Source: a virus
Taxonomy: Duplodnaviria; Caudoviricetes
Length of the DNA stretch: 56,874 bases
IMG/VR virus record: IMGVR_UViG_3300030108_003878
Coordinates: 1 to 56,874 of that record
Reading direction: 5' to 3' (one strand)
In this document: piece after piece, positions 35,380-45,178 of the stretch
Layout: each line of letters begins with the position of its first letter
Numbering within the stretch: the first letter of the stretch is position 1
The notes under the pieces: model-generated
Seen by the model: the letters and a program-made list of their open reading frames with translations, nothing else
Told to the model about the DNA's origin: nothing
Database searches by the model: none
Program-made: the position numbers and the translations under genes

Positions 35380-37794
35380 TTATCTTGGTTCAAATTGCTC
35401 TAAACCAAATCCATCTAAATTATCAAATCCTGCGGATTCAAAATTTTTAGGTAATAAATCGTTTTTTCGTTGATCTATTAATTCTGATTGTTGCGTACCT
35501 TGGATTCTTATACGCTCATCTTTTCTATCTTCTATTTCTTTTTCTTTTGTTTTTTCAGCTTGAGCCCGTGCTGTAGCTAATTGAATATTATAATTAAATT
35601 CTTCAGCCATTAATTGTTTTTTAATTTCAGCCTCTTGCTGCATACGATTAATTTCGAAATCTGATTTGGCTCGTTCTAATTGTAGTTTTGTATCAGATAA
35701 AGCTTGTTGTTTTTGAACTTCAGCTAGTGCAGCTGCTTCAGCGGCTTTAGCATTAGCTTGTGCTTGCGCTTGTATATTAGCTTGTTTTATTTGTACGTCC
35801 CGCTTAGTTTTTTGTTTACGTTTAAGCTTTAATAATTGATTTGCTAATTTTAAATTTTTAATTGACCTTATATCAATTGCGTCTTCTAAATCTATACCAT
35901 TAGATTTTAAAGCAATTTGAATATTTTGCTCTAATTGAGATTTTTCTTCTGCATCAGGCTCTAATTCTAAAAATATACCAAAGTCATGCATCGCTACTTT
36001 TTCCATATTTTCTAGCGTTGATACATTTATTTTATTAATACTATTTAAAAGTGCTTCTCTTGTAAGCGGAAAAAGTAAAGCATCATTAGCTCTTAAACTT
36101 ATATTTTCAGCTGTTCTTATTGTAATATACATTAAAGCTTTTAATACATGTCGTGTTGCTGTATTAGAATTCGCAGCAGCTATTTTTTGCAACCCAACTA
36201 ATGCATTTTTATCAGGTGAACTCCCATCTACCGCTTCATTTAATCCTGTAGTATCACGTATCATTTGTAAATAATATTGATAAGTCTGAATTAAAGATTG
36301 AATTTTGGCCATACCACTTGAAGATTGTAATTCTTGAATAGGAACTTTTCCTCTATTTAATTCTCCATCTTGTGTAAGTGATCGTCCTACAATACTTCCA
36401 GTTTGGAAATACATATTTAATGCTTCTGCAGGATTATAATTTGTGCCATTACCTAAATCAACTTCAGCCAACCCATCCATATCTAAATAAACTCCATCAG
36501 GAACTACACGTGCTAAAACTTGTTGAAGTTTTAAATGCGTTAATTGAATCATATCAGCAAAACTTGTAATTCTGCCAAGTAAAGAATCAATTCTTCCTTT
36601 ATATATACGAGGAGCACAAATACTATAATTCATATTAACTTTAGTAACATCCCCGTAGGGTCGTGTCATATTTTCAGATAATTGCCATTTTATAACTTTG
36701 CTCATACCTAAAACCTTTGCACCTGTATATAATACTTCTATACTCCTCGATACTCTTTCAAAATTATCATTTTCTGGAGGATTAAAAGTATCATCTTTTT
36801 CTATAGTTTTTTCTAATCCTTGATCCGTCTTTTTTACCTTAAACACTTGATTAGTATAAGTTTTATATTCAAAAAATAAAACTGGTATTAAATTATAATC
36901 ATCTTGACCTCCGTAATTTCTTACATAATTAGTATAACTTGCCGGCCCTTTATATTTTTGTATTTCTTTTAATTCTGAATCTGTTAATTCAGGAAATAAT
37001 CTTTTTACTTCTGAGATAGTTAAATTTTTGACTTCTCCAACATAGTAAATATCATTAAAATTAGGATCTTCTGTATATGAATAAACCATAGAAGCAGGAT
37101 CAACATAATCTATAGTAACACCTTCAGATAAATTAAAATTAGTTTTTGAAGCAGCAATTCCTAAAACAGCTAAATCATATGCTAATCTTTTTTTAATTTC
37201 ATCATATTTATTATATGAAAAAACATTATTAATTATTTCTTCTTCAGCAATTTCTACACTTTGTTTATAATTTAATTGAGTGTATAAATCTAATTCTTCT
37301 TTTGAATCTGGTAATGATTGAGGGTTAGGTGAAGAATAAAAGCTTCCTCCTAATAATTTATTAAATTTTTCTATATTTTCTCTTTGCATCATATCCCGTA
37401 ATGCATTAGAAATAAAAGTTGTTCTTTCTTTAACCGCAAATGGATCAGTAGCGTAGGATTTAATTTCATAACCTTTATCAGTCATGCCATTAACAATAAT
37501 ATCTACAAATTTTGGTAATATAGGTACTATCTTCCAATCTAAATTTAAATAAGATAAATCGCCATTAATAGACAATTCATCTTTGTATTTTTGTATAGGT
37601 TGCTCACCTCTAGCGTATAAACGTAATCTATGAAAATTTTGAAAGTTTTGCAAATATCTATCGCCACTATAATCCTGGTTAAACCATTCATTTTCAATAG
37701 CTTGCGCAACCTGTAACCCATATTCATAACTGTTCTTTACTGCGTCTGGTACTACCTGATCTGGAAAGGAACTGTTATAATTTGTATAAACCAT
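35380..37794 (-). CDS. Portal protein
   Basis: 804 aa after TerL; LRLYARGEQ, PKFVDIIVNG; long C-terminal coiled coil. Confidence 0.85.
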   Translation of the reverse strand: MVYTNYNSSFPDQVVPDAVKNSYEYGLQVAQAIENEWFNQDYSGDRYLQNFQNFHRLRLYARGEQPIQKYKDELSINGDLSYLNLDWKIVPILPKFVDIIVNGMTDKGYEIKSYATDPFAVKERTTFISNALRDMMQRENIEKFNKLLGGSFYSSPNPQSLPDSKEELDLYTQLNYKQSVEIAEEEIINNVFSYNKYDEIKKRLAYDLAVLGIAASKTNFNLSEGVTIDYVDPASMVYSYTEDPNFNDIYYVGEVKNLTISEVKRLFPELTDSELKEIQKYKGPASYTNYVRNYGGQDDYNLIPVLFFEYKTYTNQVFKVKKTDQGLEKTIEKDDTFNPPENDNFERVSRSIEVLYTGAKVLGMSKVIKWQLSENMTRPYGDVTKVNMNYSICAPRIYKGRIDSLLGRITSFADMIQLTHLKLQQVLARVVPDGVYLDMDGLAEVDLGNGTNYNPAEALNMYFQTGSIVGRSLTQDGELNRGKVPIQELQSSSGMAKIQSLIQTYQYYLQMIRDTTGLNEAVDGSSPDKNALVGLQKIAAANSNTATRHVLKALMYITIRTAENISLRANDALLFPLTREALLNSINKINVSTLENMEKVAMHDFGIFLELEPDAEEKSQLEQNIQIALKSNGIDLEDAIDIRSIKNLKLANQLLKLKRKQKTKRDVQIKQANIQAQAQANAKAAEAAALAEVQKQQALSDTKLQLERAKSDFEINRMQQEAEIKKQLMAEEFNYNIQLATARAQAEKTKEKEIEDRKDERIRIQGTQQSELIDQRKNDLLPKNFESAGFDNLDGFGLEQFEPR

Positions 37795-37798
37795 CTAC

Positions 37799-40018
37799 TT
37801 ATATTAATTTTGAAGTTACACCTTCGTTGTTATATTTTTTTAATCCTATACTCAAAGGCTTAAAAACTTTTTTTGCCGTTGGAGTATATTTATTTTTATT
37901 ACATGCCATAATAGCAAGCCCCGAACTTATCGAAGCATCATGTTTAGTTCTACTATTTAAATTAAACTTTGACCAGTCATTTAATGTTCTTAAAAATAAC
38001 ATATTGCCATAAGTGTCATTATTAAATCCAATATTTTCATCTATATACGATTCTATTGCAGCAGCATGAGCTTGTTTCATATCTTCACTTGAATTAGGTA
38101 TACCCCCTATTTCTCTTTCAGTTATAGATAATTTTGATCTTAACTTATCTGGCCTGTTCATAGAATATCCTCTATAGCCACGTCTTTTTAAATAATATAA
38201 TAATCTGGGTTTATTATTTTCTGCAAGTATAGGCATTCCGTAAAAAACTAATGCCATTAATACATCTTCAAAAAATATTTCAGTATTATCAGGGCGAGAT
38301 ATATATTCTAAAAAAAACATATTTATAGGAGCATCTTCCATTGTAAATTTAGTTAACCCGTGTAGTGCTCCTTTAGAGCCTCTACCATCTACTGTACCAG
38401 AAATATCGTAACTATCGCAACCAAATGCACCAATATGCTCATTGCCCGGATATTTTAAACCATTTTTTAAAATAATTTTATTTTGTAAATGTTGTGGTGG
38501 TACCCAAGATACATAAAATCTTCCATTATTACTAGGAACAAACATTATAGTTGTATCTTTTACACCATTAAACCATTGAAAATTACCTTGTGTTATTAAA
38601 TTTTCATATTTAGTTTCTTCTAAATAATCAATTTGCTGATAAATTTTAGTTAAATTAAATAGTGATTCTTTTGTTTCATCACGAAATGCATGCTGCGTTG
38701 TTCTTGGGAATTGTCTATAAAATTCGTTAAGTGCGTCTTGATCAGTTTTTAAACCATCTACTTCGTTTAACCAATGGTCTATTACTCCAATCTCAATTTC
38801 CGTTTTGTCAATACCTTTGACGGGCTGTTCGGGGGTATTGAAGACAGGTAATCCATAAATATCAATGAATCCTTCGTAATTCCATTCCATAGGAATGAAC
38901 AAAGAATATAATCCTGAGCTAGTCTGTCCGTTACGGTTTCGATATTTGACATTGGAATTTTCATATATTTTTTTAAAGTTATCGCCTCCTTTATCTAATG
39001 AATTAGAAGTAGAGCCCATCATACATTTGCCAACAACTTTACTACCTAATCTTAATGTTGTTTTTGTTACACGCCAATTATTTATTATATTATCTGGTCT
39101 TTCCCACTTGCCTGATTCATCATGAGCTAATAACTTAAGTTTTTCACCATCATAAGAATTGTCTCCTGTATTTTTCCAATCTATAGTAGTATCAAGCCCG
39201 TCAATTTCTTGTAACTGTTCGCCTATTTCTATCTTCCTACGAGTTAGTTTGGAGGCTGGTACTCTATAGGCAAGCTCTGTCTTGGGGCGATCCATCCCGT
39301 CTTGCACGGGCTTGAAGAAGAATGGGTAATTAACACTGATTGGGACAACTTTGTCTGTGAACATTTTCTTTGCATCAGATCCGGTTTTGGAGAGTATTCC
39401 AAATCGTGAATCGGAAGATACTGTTGCTTGGTTAACAAGTTCTGCCGAAGCCATGAAGCTAAATCCAGACCGTCTATTCTTGAGGTAGCATATTCCGTAA
39501 CATCTTTTGTCGGCACGACATGCTTCCCAAAATATAAAGAATAACCTGTTGGACTCACGAAATTCAGCAGCGCCAACGTCAATTTTAGTCCACTGCAAGT
39601 ACATGTAATGAGCACCAGTAATATAAGTAGGTTGCCCGTTATTATAGAAAGTAAATCCCTCATCCCTTCTTCTAAATTCGGTATCTATATAATCATACCA
39701 TTGTTCTTTAAAGCTTTCAGGATAACCATTCCATTCAAAAACTGTTTTAATTTTTTGTAATTGTTTAGGATATGGTATTTTTTCCCAATACTGCTCTGCT
39801 TTTTTATTAGATCTTTTATAAAAATCATTAAGCAATGGTAAAGCTATTTTTAAATTTTGAATTTCATATATTTCACCTATTTGTCCAGTTTTGCTTATTA
39901 TAATAATATCATGCTCTTTATTATAACCATATTGCCACTGTTTACTTTTATTATATTTTTTTAAAATATTAGGTTTAATATAATTATCTAAAACTTTATA
40001 TAAATCTTGTTTATACAT
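37799..40018 (-). CDS. terL: Terminase large subunit
   Basis: Walker A LKNRRSGFS, Walker B LAHDESGKW, MGST, nuclease GCDSYD...HDASIS. Confidence 0.92.
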   Translation of the reverse strand: MYKQDLYKVLDNYIKPNILKKYNKSKQWQYGYNKEHDIIIISKTGQIGEIYEIQNLKIALPLLNDFYKRSNKKAEQYWEKIPYPKQLQKIKTVFEWNGYPESFKEQWYDYIDTEFRRRDEGFTFYNNGQPTYITGAHYMYLQWTKIDVGAAEFRESNRLFFIFWEACRADKRCYGICYLKNRRSGFSFMASAELVNQATVSSDSRFGILSKTGSDAKKMFTDKVVPISVNYPFFFKPVQDGMDRPKTELAYRVPASKLTRRKIEIGEQLQEIDGLDTTIDWKNTGDNSYDGEKLKLLAHDESGKWERPDNIINNWRVTKTTLRLGSKVVGKCMMGSTSNSLDKGGDNFKKIYENSNVKYRNRNGQTSSGLYSLFIPMEWNYEGFIDIYGLPVFNTPEQPVKGIDKTEIEIGVIDHWLNEVDGLKTDQDALNEFYRQFPRTTQHAFRDETKESLFNLTKIYQQIDYLEETKYENLITQGNFQWFNGVKDTTIMFVPSNNGRFYVSWVPPQHLQNKIILKNGLKYPGNEHIGAFGCDSYDISGTVDGRGSKGALHGLTKFTMEDAPINMFFLEYISRPDNTEIFFEDVLMALVFYGMPILAENNKPRLLYYLKRRGYRGYSMNRPDKLRSKLSITEREIGGIPNSSEDMKQAHAAAIESYIDENIGFNNDTYGNMLFLRTLNDWSKFNLNSRTKHDASISSGLAIMACNKNKYTPTAKKVFKPLSIGLKKYNNEGVTSKLI

Positions 40019-40290
40019 TATTTAGCTCTGCTTTCTGCAAATCCTCCAAATTTTGTTTTATTAGAATTTATATCTTTTAGAATATTTTTTTCTTGTTCTA
40101 TTCTTGATAAAATTTCAAATGCATCAAATATTGCAAGCTTTTTAGTTGCTGCAGCATTTTTTAATCTATCCGCTGCTAAATCTTCCGAAGCATCATTAAC
40201 TATAATTTCTTCTTCTGCAACTTTAATTAATTCCTCAACTGCTTTATGCCCAGCTTGGATTATATTCAGTTTGGTTTTTTTGATGTTCAT
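40018..40290 (-). CDS. Putative terminase small subunit
   Basis: 90-aa helical protein directly upstream of and coupled to TerL. Confidence 0.5.
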   Translation of the reverse strand: MNIKKTKLNIIQAGHKAVEELIKVAEEEIIVNDASEDLAADRLKNAAATKKLAIFDAFEILSRIEQEKNILKDINSNKTKFGGFAESRAK

Positions 40291-40840
40291 ATTTAATTAC
40301 AATATCATTTGATTTCATACAATATAAAAACTCATTATTAATTAAAAATTCAAACTCTGAGTTTGGCGTAAAGCCTACACAGTCTCCGGATTTAATTTTA
40401 AGCTTGTTTAAAGAGCTATTGTCATATTTTAATACACCAATATGATCTTGTAATTTTTGAAGCTTTAAATCGTCTTTATTTATCATTGGTTTAACAAAAC
40501 ATCGATCTCCAAAACTTTTCCAACCATTACCATCATCATATAAATAAACTTGATCTATTTGGCAAAAGTATTTATTTTCTTTAAAATATTTACTGCTATT
40601 TTTTTCTTGCCCTCTAATGTCATAATATCTTCTAAATACATTATGATGAATCATAATTTTATAACCAGGCTTTATAGGAGTTTTATATGCTAAAGGTACT
40701 GAAATAACTTTAGCTATTTTATTAATAAATTTAAAAGCTTCTATACTTGTATTTAAAATTAATGTTTTGTCGTTTATTTTTTTTTCGTTGTTATATCTTT
40801 TGCCTAAAGGCTCAACAATAAAATCATAAACACTATTCAT
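40244..40840 (-). CDS. Tandem GroES-like co-chaperonin
   Basis: Two GroES-like units (DFIVEP...AKVISVP...IKPGYKI; DRCFVKP...IKSGDCVGF...LYCMKSNDIV). Confidence 0.55.
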   Translation of the reverse strand: MNSVYDFIVEPLGKRYNNEKKINDKTLILNTSIEAFKFINKIAKVISVPLAYKTPIKPGYKIMIHHNVFRRYYDIRGQEKNSSKYFKENKYFCQIDQVYLYDDGNGWKSFGDRCFVKPMINKDDLKLQKLQDHIGVLKYDNSSLNKLKIKSGDCVGFTPNSEFEFLINNEFLYCMKSNDIVIKYEHQKNQTEYNPSWA

Positions 40841-41063
40841 ATTCTAAATTGTATTCGATAGAGATAGCCATGCTGCTATTAAATTTTTTCCATGGCAATA
40901 CTTCTTTACCTTTTTTTATATATATATTATAAGAATTATCAGAATCGTCAAATATGATGTAAGCTATTTTATGACCCCCGTAAACTTCTTGTCCTAAAGA
41001 GTAATGCATAGCATCATTTTTATAATCAGAACCAATACTGATTTTTCTTATAATACTAGACAT
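40833..41063 (-). CDS. Conserved hypothetical phage protein
   Basis: MSSIIRKISIGSDYKNDAMHYSLGQEVYGGH; start moved to 41063. Confidence 0.7.
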   Translation of the reverse strand: MSSIIRKISIGSDYKNDAMHYSLGQEVYGGHKIAYIIFDDSDNSYNIYIKKGKEVLPWKKFNSSMAISIEYNLEYE

Positions 41064-41325
41064 CTTTATTGTCTTCTGCTTTTTTTGGTTGTTCAACCGG
41101 CTTATAAATACCTGTTTCAAGATCAATAGTTATAGCACCATAAATGCTTTCTAACTCTTTCTTAAAATCTTCGTTTTCTTTTATAAGACCTGCGTAGTCA
41201 TGCAAAAATAAATGCTTTTGGTTTTCTACTTGTCCAATGTCTCTTAAAAGATTATTCATTTTAAGTTGATGATCTTTAATCTTTTTTAATTGCTCTTCTG
41301 TAATTTTTTTTTCTACGTTTTCCAT
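41056..41325 (-). CDS. Small coiled-coil protein
   Basis: 89 aa; ...LESIYGAITIDLETG. Confidence 0.7.
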   Translation of the reverse strand: MENVEKKITEEQLKKIKDHQLKMNNLLRDIGQVENQKHLFLHDYAGLIKENEDFKKELESIYGAITIDLETGIYKPVEQPKKAEDNKDV

Positions 41326-41352
41326 TTGATTAAATTTAAATTAATAATTATT

Positions 41353-41961
41353 TTAAAATAGCGCTAATAAATTTGTTACTGTAGTTGCAGCATCTGTGTT
41401 ATGTATTTGCCTGCAAGCTACGGGTACAAAAGTACCAGCTGTTAACCCCGTTAATACAGTAGGGTCAAAGCCGTTAAGGCTGTCGTTGGCTAATGTCACT
41501 TTAACATCGCCAGTTGAACCTACATAGAGTGATGGCAATCTGTCATAAAAAATACCACTAGGCTTTTCTAAATCAGCACCTGCTAATGTAGCTGTTACAT
41601 CTCCTGTAATATTTGAAACTCCAAAAGCTAAGTTAAGAGAATCTGCGTTAAAAATAATAGTATCTCCTGAAGTAGCTACATTAGAGCCTTGATTAATTAC
41701 TGTTACTGCGCTTACTGCACCCGCCCCATCTGTTGTAATTGCAAATGTAGCGCCTGTATATTGTGCACTTCTAGCCGCACCTCCCGTCGGGGATAGCCCA
41801 TAACTTCCACCTGAGGAATAGGCAATTGCTGTTTGTGATGCTGGAGCATTTACCGTTGAATCCACTATGCTACTTAAATCTTGCGCTTTCAATGTTTTTT
41901 CCGCTAGCATGTCAATTGCAGTTACTGCAAAATCACTAAAATTTTTTTGATAACTTCCCAT
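41353..41961 (-). CDS. Putative capsid decoration/spike-base-like structural protein
   Basis: C-terminal LYVGSTGDVKVTL...LTAGTFVPVACRQI...LLAL resembles head spike base proteins. Confidence 0.5.
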   Translation of the reverse strand: MGSYQKNFSDFAVTAIDMLAEKTLKAQDLSSIVDSTVNAPASQTAIAYSSGGSYGLSPTGGAARSAQYTGATFAITTDGAGAVSAVTVINQGSNVATSGDTIIFNADSLNLAFGVSNITGDVTATLAGADLEKPSGIFYDRLPSLYVGSTGDVKVTLANDSLNGFDPTVLTGLTAGTFVPVACRQIHNTDAATTVTNLLALF

Positions 41962-41962
41962 T

Positions 41963-42343
41963 TTATTTTGTTTTATCTTTTACTTTTTCAAATGTTCTTA
42001 GACCGCCTAAACCTAACATACCTAGTAGTACAGTCATTAAATGTTCCATTTGTAATGCAGGTGGAACATCCTGCGGCTCTAATGCCCAAATAAATAAATC
42101 TCTTATTATAAAATTATAAGCTAATGCTACACCACATACCCATCCTATAAATGGTCGCCAGCCAGCTACAAATACTGTTCTATGACCAGCTTCAATTTCA
42201 TTTATTTTTGTTTGAATAGATATAAGCTCATTAGGATCTAATTCTTTTCCTTTAATTGCTTCCCTTATTTCCCAGGCTAGATTGCCTGCAACGGACTTAC
42301 GGCCATTACCGCCTTTTAAAAGTCCTATTAAAAATTTTAACAT
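41963..42343 (-). CDS. Holin (3TM, GTA-type)
   Basis: FVAGWRPFIGWVCG...LLGMLGLGGLRTFEK. Confidence 0.85.
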   Translation of the reverse strand: MLKFLIGLLKGGNGRKSVAGNLAWEIREAIKGKELDPNELISIQTKINEIEAGHRTVFVAGWRPFIGWVCGVALAYNFIIRDLFIWALEPQDVPPALQMEHLMTVLLGMLGLGGLRTFEKVKDKTK

Positions 42344-42347
42344 TTAA

Positions 42348-42653
42348 TTACGCATTATATGCCTCGGCCTCCCAAGGTAATTTTTTATTACCTTCATGCA
42401 TTTTATTTCTTGGATATATCTTTCCTTTCCAGTAAACGTTATCATCGTCATAATCTAAATCTCCTCTACGAAATTGTTTTATATGAACCATCTCATGTTT
42501 TATAACCCGCCCTCTCTCGCACGGGTCTAATTTACTATTAATTAAAATAGTTTCATTGCGATTTGCTTTACCTAATGTATCATCGCCTAAATCTACATGA
42601 TACACTGGAACTCCTAATGGTTTATATGGAGGATTATTTAGCTTAAACGCCAT
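42348..42653 (-). CDS. Small zincin-like metalloprotease
   Basis: VIKHEMVHIKQ...LPWEAEAY; start moved to MAFKLNNPPY. Confidence 0.65.
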   Translation of the reverse strand: MAFKLNNPPYKPLGVPVYHVDLGDDTLGKANRNETILINSKLDPCERGRVIKHEMVHIKQFRRGDLDYDDDNVYWKGKIYPRNKMHEGNKKLPWEAEAYNA

Positions 42654-42807
42654 TTTGTCTATATGGAAATTTTTTATTGAACCATTCTTGTCTAGCAGCA
42701 CAGCCGCAAGGGATGTTTAACCCCTCGCTGACTCTGTCTACTATTGATTTAATACCGGTTACAGTAGTAAATTTGTGAATATCATCACCAAGTCCGGTTG
42801 ATTTCAT
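42643..42807 (-). CDS. Small phage protein (54 aa, not in ORF track)
   Basis: MKSTGLGDDIHKFTTVTGIKSIV...PCGCAARQEWFN; fills the operon gap. Confidence 0.7.
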   Translation of the reverse strand: MKSTGLGDDIHKFTTVTGIKSIVDRVSEGLNIPCGCAARQEWFNKKFPYRQNGV

Positions 42808-42809
42808 AA

Positions 42810-43112
42810 TTAAGCTACGTCTATTGCTGTAATTTCTACAGTTGAATCTAAACCAACTGTTGCTACAACTCCGCCTGGATTAGCAGTAAGTGCACTGTTA
42901 ATTCCGTTTGCAATGTCTACACCTTTAGCTGTATTTGTAAAAGTTACATATGAACTTGCATCTTGAAAAAAGATAGTTGCTGCATCTGAACTAATTGCGC
43001 TGTTTGTACCTTTTTTTACTAATGCAATTTGATCCGCCCCTATAATCATATCAGCTGTATAGTTTAAGCTGGATGCGAAGTTCTCTTTTTTAATTTTGAT
43101 AAATTTTGCCAT
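42810..43112 (-). CDS. Hypothetical, probably structural protein
   Basis: 100 aa; ALTANPGG. Confidence 0.65.
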   Translation of the reverse strand: MAKFIKIKKENFASSLNYTADMIIGADQIALVKKGTNSAISSDAATIFFQDASSYVTFTNTAKGVDIANGINSALTANPGGVVATVGLDSTVEITAIDVA

Positions 43113-43121
43113 GATTGTTTT

Positions 43122-43153
43122 TGTTTATGTTTATGTTTATGTTTATGTTTATG
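43122..43153. repeat. Hexanucleotide tandem repeat (TGTTTA)x5
   Basis: Direct reading; lies in the 5' leader of the 43112 gene. Confidence 0.9.
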
Positions 43154-43184
43154 GTTAGATTTATACAGTTCTATTCTGTTTTAT

Positions 43185-44027
43185 TTAACTTTGTCTACCA
43201 AATTTTAAAGATTTCATAGGGCTTTTCATCATACTTGGTCCTTCAAAGTCTCTGCGTGATCTACTTAAATCACCTTTGTTACCACCATATTTTTGTGCCT
43301 TAACAGGAGATTTATGTCCCATTTTTGCAGGAGATTTATGTCCCATACTTGGTCCTGCAAAGTCTCTACGTGATCTGCTTTCGTCTCCTTTGTTACCGCC
43401 ATACTTTTGTTCTTTAACAGGTGATTTATGACTCATGCTAGGTCCTGAAAAATTAAACGTGCGATATTGATTTGCTGCCCCACCTGAGTATTGTTGTAAT
43501 TTTTTAAAATCACTAGGATTAGTTTTTTGAAACTCTTGTAAATCAGCTTGTGTAAATTTACCAGTATTTTGAACATTTTGAATAAAGTCGGGATTATTAG
43601 CATTATCCCGTAGAAATTTATTAGCTCCTGTTACTATTTTAGATGTCATAGTATCTATCTTGCTAGTTCTTGTTTTATCCGTTGGATCACCCGCATCTGA
43701 TTTAAAACCTTCAGGTTTTGGGTCGAGAAAAGGATCTGGATTATTATTAATAGGATTAGTTTTCATATTAACACCTTCAGTTCCTTGGCCTGCTATGTCT
43801 TCTACTGGCATATATTTTAAATCATCGTCCATAGCTTTCATAGGGCTTTTAGGGTCTCCCATCATTGCTACGCCTTTTGAATACTTAGGATGATTACCTG
43901 AGTATTCACCTGCATAACCTCTTCGTTTGTACATGTCATGCTCAAAATTTTCCAAGTAATGCAGCCTTGCTTTACCGGTAAGCTTTTTATTATAAGCTTC
44001 TTTCAAATTATACTTTGTCGCGTCCAT
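43185..44027 (-). CDS. Low-complexity protein with internal repeats
   Basis: Repeated KSP[VAM]K and duplicated QKYGGNKGDxSRSRRDFxGPSM. Confidence 0.75.
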   Translation of the reverse strand: MDATKYNLKEAYNKKLTGKARLHYLENFEHDMYKRRGYAGEYSGNHPKYSKGVAMMGDPKSPMKAMDDDLKYMPVEDIAGQGTEGVNMKTNPINNNPDPFLDPKPEGFKSDAGDPTDKTRTSKIDTMTSKIVTGANKFLRDNANNPDFIQNVQNTGKFTQADLQEFQKTNPSDFKKLQQYSGGAANQYRTFNFSGPSMSHKSPVKEQKYGGNKGDESRSRRDFAGPSMGHKSPAKMGHKSPVKAQKYGGNKGDLSRSRRDFEGPSMMKSPMKSLKFGRQS

Positions 44028-44057
44028 TATATGTTGTTTTAGTTAACTAATTAATAT

Positions 44058-44372
44058 TTAGCAGTTCCAGCGACGTCTCGCTGCTCTACCTCTTTTTGAT
44101 TTCCATCCCTTTGATCTTGCACAAAAAGATTTTCTTCTTTTCCAAGCTTTACTTCCCCTTTTGAGTTTTTTAGGATCAGTAGTTACTGCTGTTTTAAGTT
44201 TGCTGCCTGGATTATCTTTTCTATATTTTTTAACACCTTTTTCCGACATACCGCCTCCAGCGTCTGCCCCGGTGCCTGTGTCTTTAGCTTTATTATAATA
44301 TCCTAAAGATTTTTTACGTGAAGGTGCATCTCCTTTTTTAGCAAAGGGTGAGTTAGTTTGCACGTAAGCCAT
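44058..44372 (-). CDS. Small basic phage protein
   Basis: GGMSEKGVKKYR...RRKSFCAR...RRRWNC. Confidence 0.75.
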   Translation of the reverse strand: MAYVQTNSPFAKKGDAPSRKKSLGYYNKAKDTGTGADAGGGMSEKGVKKYRKDNPGSKLKTAVTTDPKKLKRGSKAWKRRKSFCARSKGWKSKRGRAARRRWNC

Positions 44373-44375
44373 AGT

Positions 44376-44522
44376 TTATTTTTTAATGTTCCACCACTTA
44401 GTTACTGTATACCCTATAGTAACTAATAAAAGTATAATTTTTAGCCACCACTCAATGTCCATCATTGTAACCCCCAATGTAATAGAATTTATTACATATA
44501 GTTTTAAATCGGCAATATTCAT
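44376..44522 (-). CDS. Small membrane protein (48 aa, not in ORF track)
   Basis: MNIADLKLYVINSITLGVTMMDIEWWLKIILLLVTIGYTVTKWWNIKK*. Confidence 0.65.
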   Translation of the reverse strand: MNIADLKLYVINSITLGVTMMDIEWWLKIILLLVTIGYTVTKWWNIKK

Positions 44523-44523
44523 T

Positions 44524-44730
44524 TTATTCGCCTCTGGCAGATTTTGCTATTTGTGTAATAGGGCCGCCTTTATACATACATGGAGCTTTTTTAACCTGAA
44601 CTGGGTTACTGCCAGAACTACTTCCGCCAACCATTGGGAAACCTGTAGTGTCCATTGGGCCACTCCATAAAGCATCTGCGCCTACTACGCCTTCTTCTGC
44701 TTTAATTACTGCTGATGTTTTTTTTCTCAT
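44524..44730 (-). CDS. Small hypothetical protein
   Basis: 68 aa, tightly packed in the operon. Confidence 0.65.
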   Translation of the reverse strand: MRKKTSAVIKAEEGVVGADALWSGPMDTTGFPMVGGSSSGSNPVQVKKAPCMYKGGPITQIAKSARGE

Positions 44731-44731
44731 T

Positions 44732-45178
44732 TTATCTGTATTTATCTTTGTTTACATTATGTATAGATTTTTGTAATACTTTTTCAATATACGTTTTACC
44801 TAACATAATTTTATTTCTTCTTTTACTAATAGGAATATCTATTTCACCTAATATAATTTTATAAATTGTATTTATTAATCTTTTACCCTTAAATGTAACA
44901 TTATAAATATTATATTTTTGCGACGTTCTATTCCGTTCACGCCAAACTTTTATCCAGCCATTTTTTAATAATCTATTCCATCTGCGATTATCCCAGCTAT
45001 AAGAATAAGATCCTTCTTTAAAATCAATTTTAGTAAACAGCTCTATGCAATCTAAGTAAATAAGTAGCTCTAAATCAGGCTCATTTAAATTATTATTTTT
45101 GCTTGCCCATTTTCTAATTATTCTATAATGCTTAAAAAGATTTAAACTTTTTAAATCAGCTGGTTCTAATTGTTTCAT
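44732..45178 (-). CDS. Winged-helix (MarR-like) DNA-binding protein
   Basis: LNEPDLELLIYL...RLLKNGWIKV...YNVTFKGKRLI. Confidence 0.6.
   Translation of the reverse strand: MKQLEPADLKSLNLFKHYRIIRKWASKNNNLNEPDLELLIYLDCIELFTKIDFKEGSYSYSWDNRRWNRLLKNGWIKVWRERNRTSQKYNIYNVTFKGKRLINTIYKIILGEIDIPISKRRNKIMLGKTYIEKVLQKSIHNVNKDKYR

Noticed and set aside
37792-37822. Class L promoter before the portal gene
   Set aside because: GTAA...GTAGAT has different spacing and overlaps the start codon
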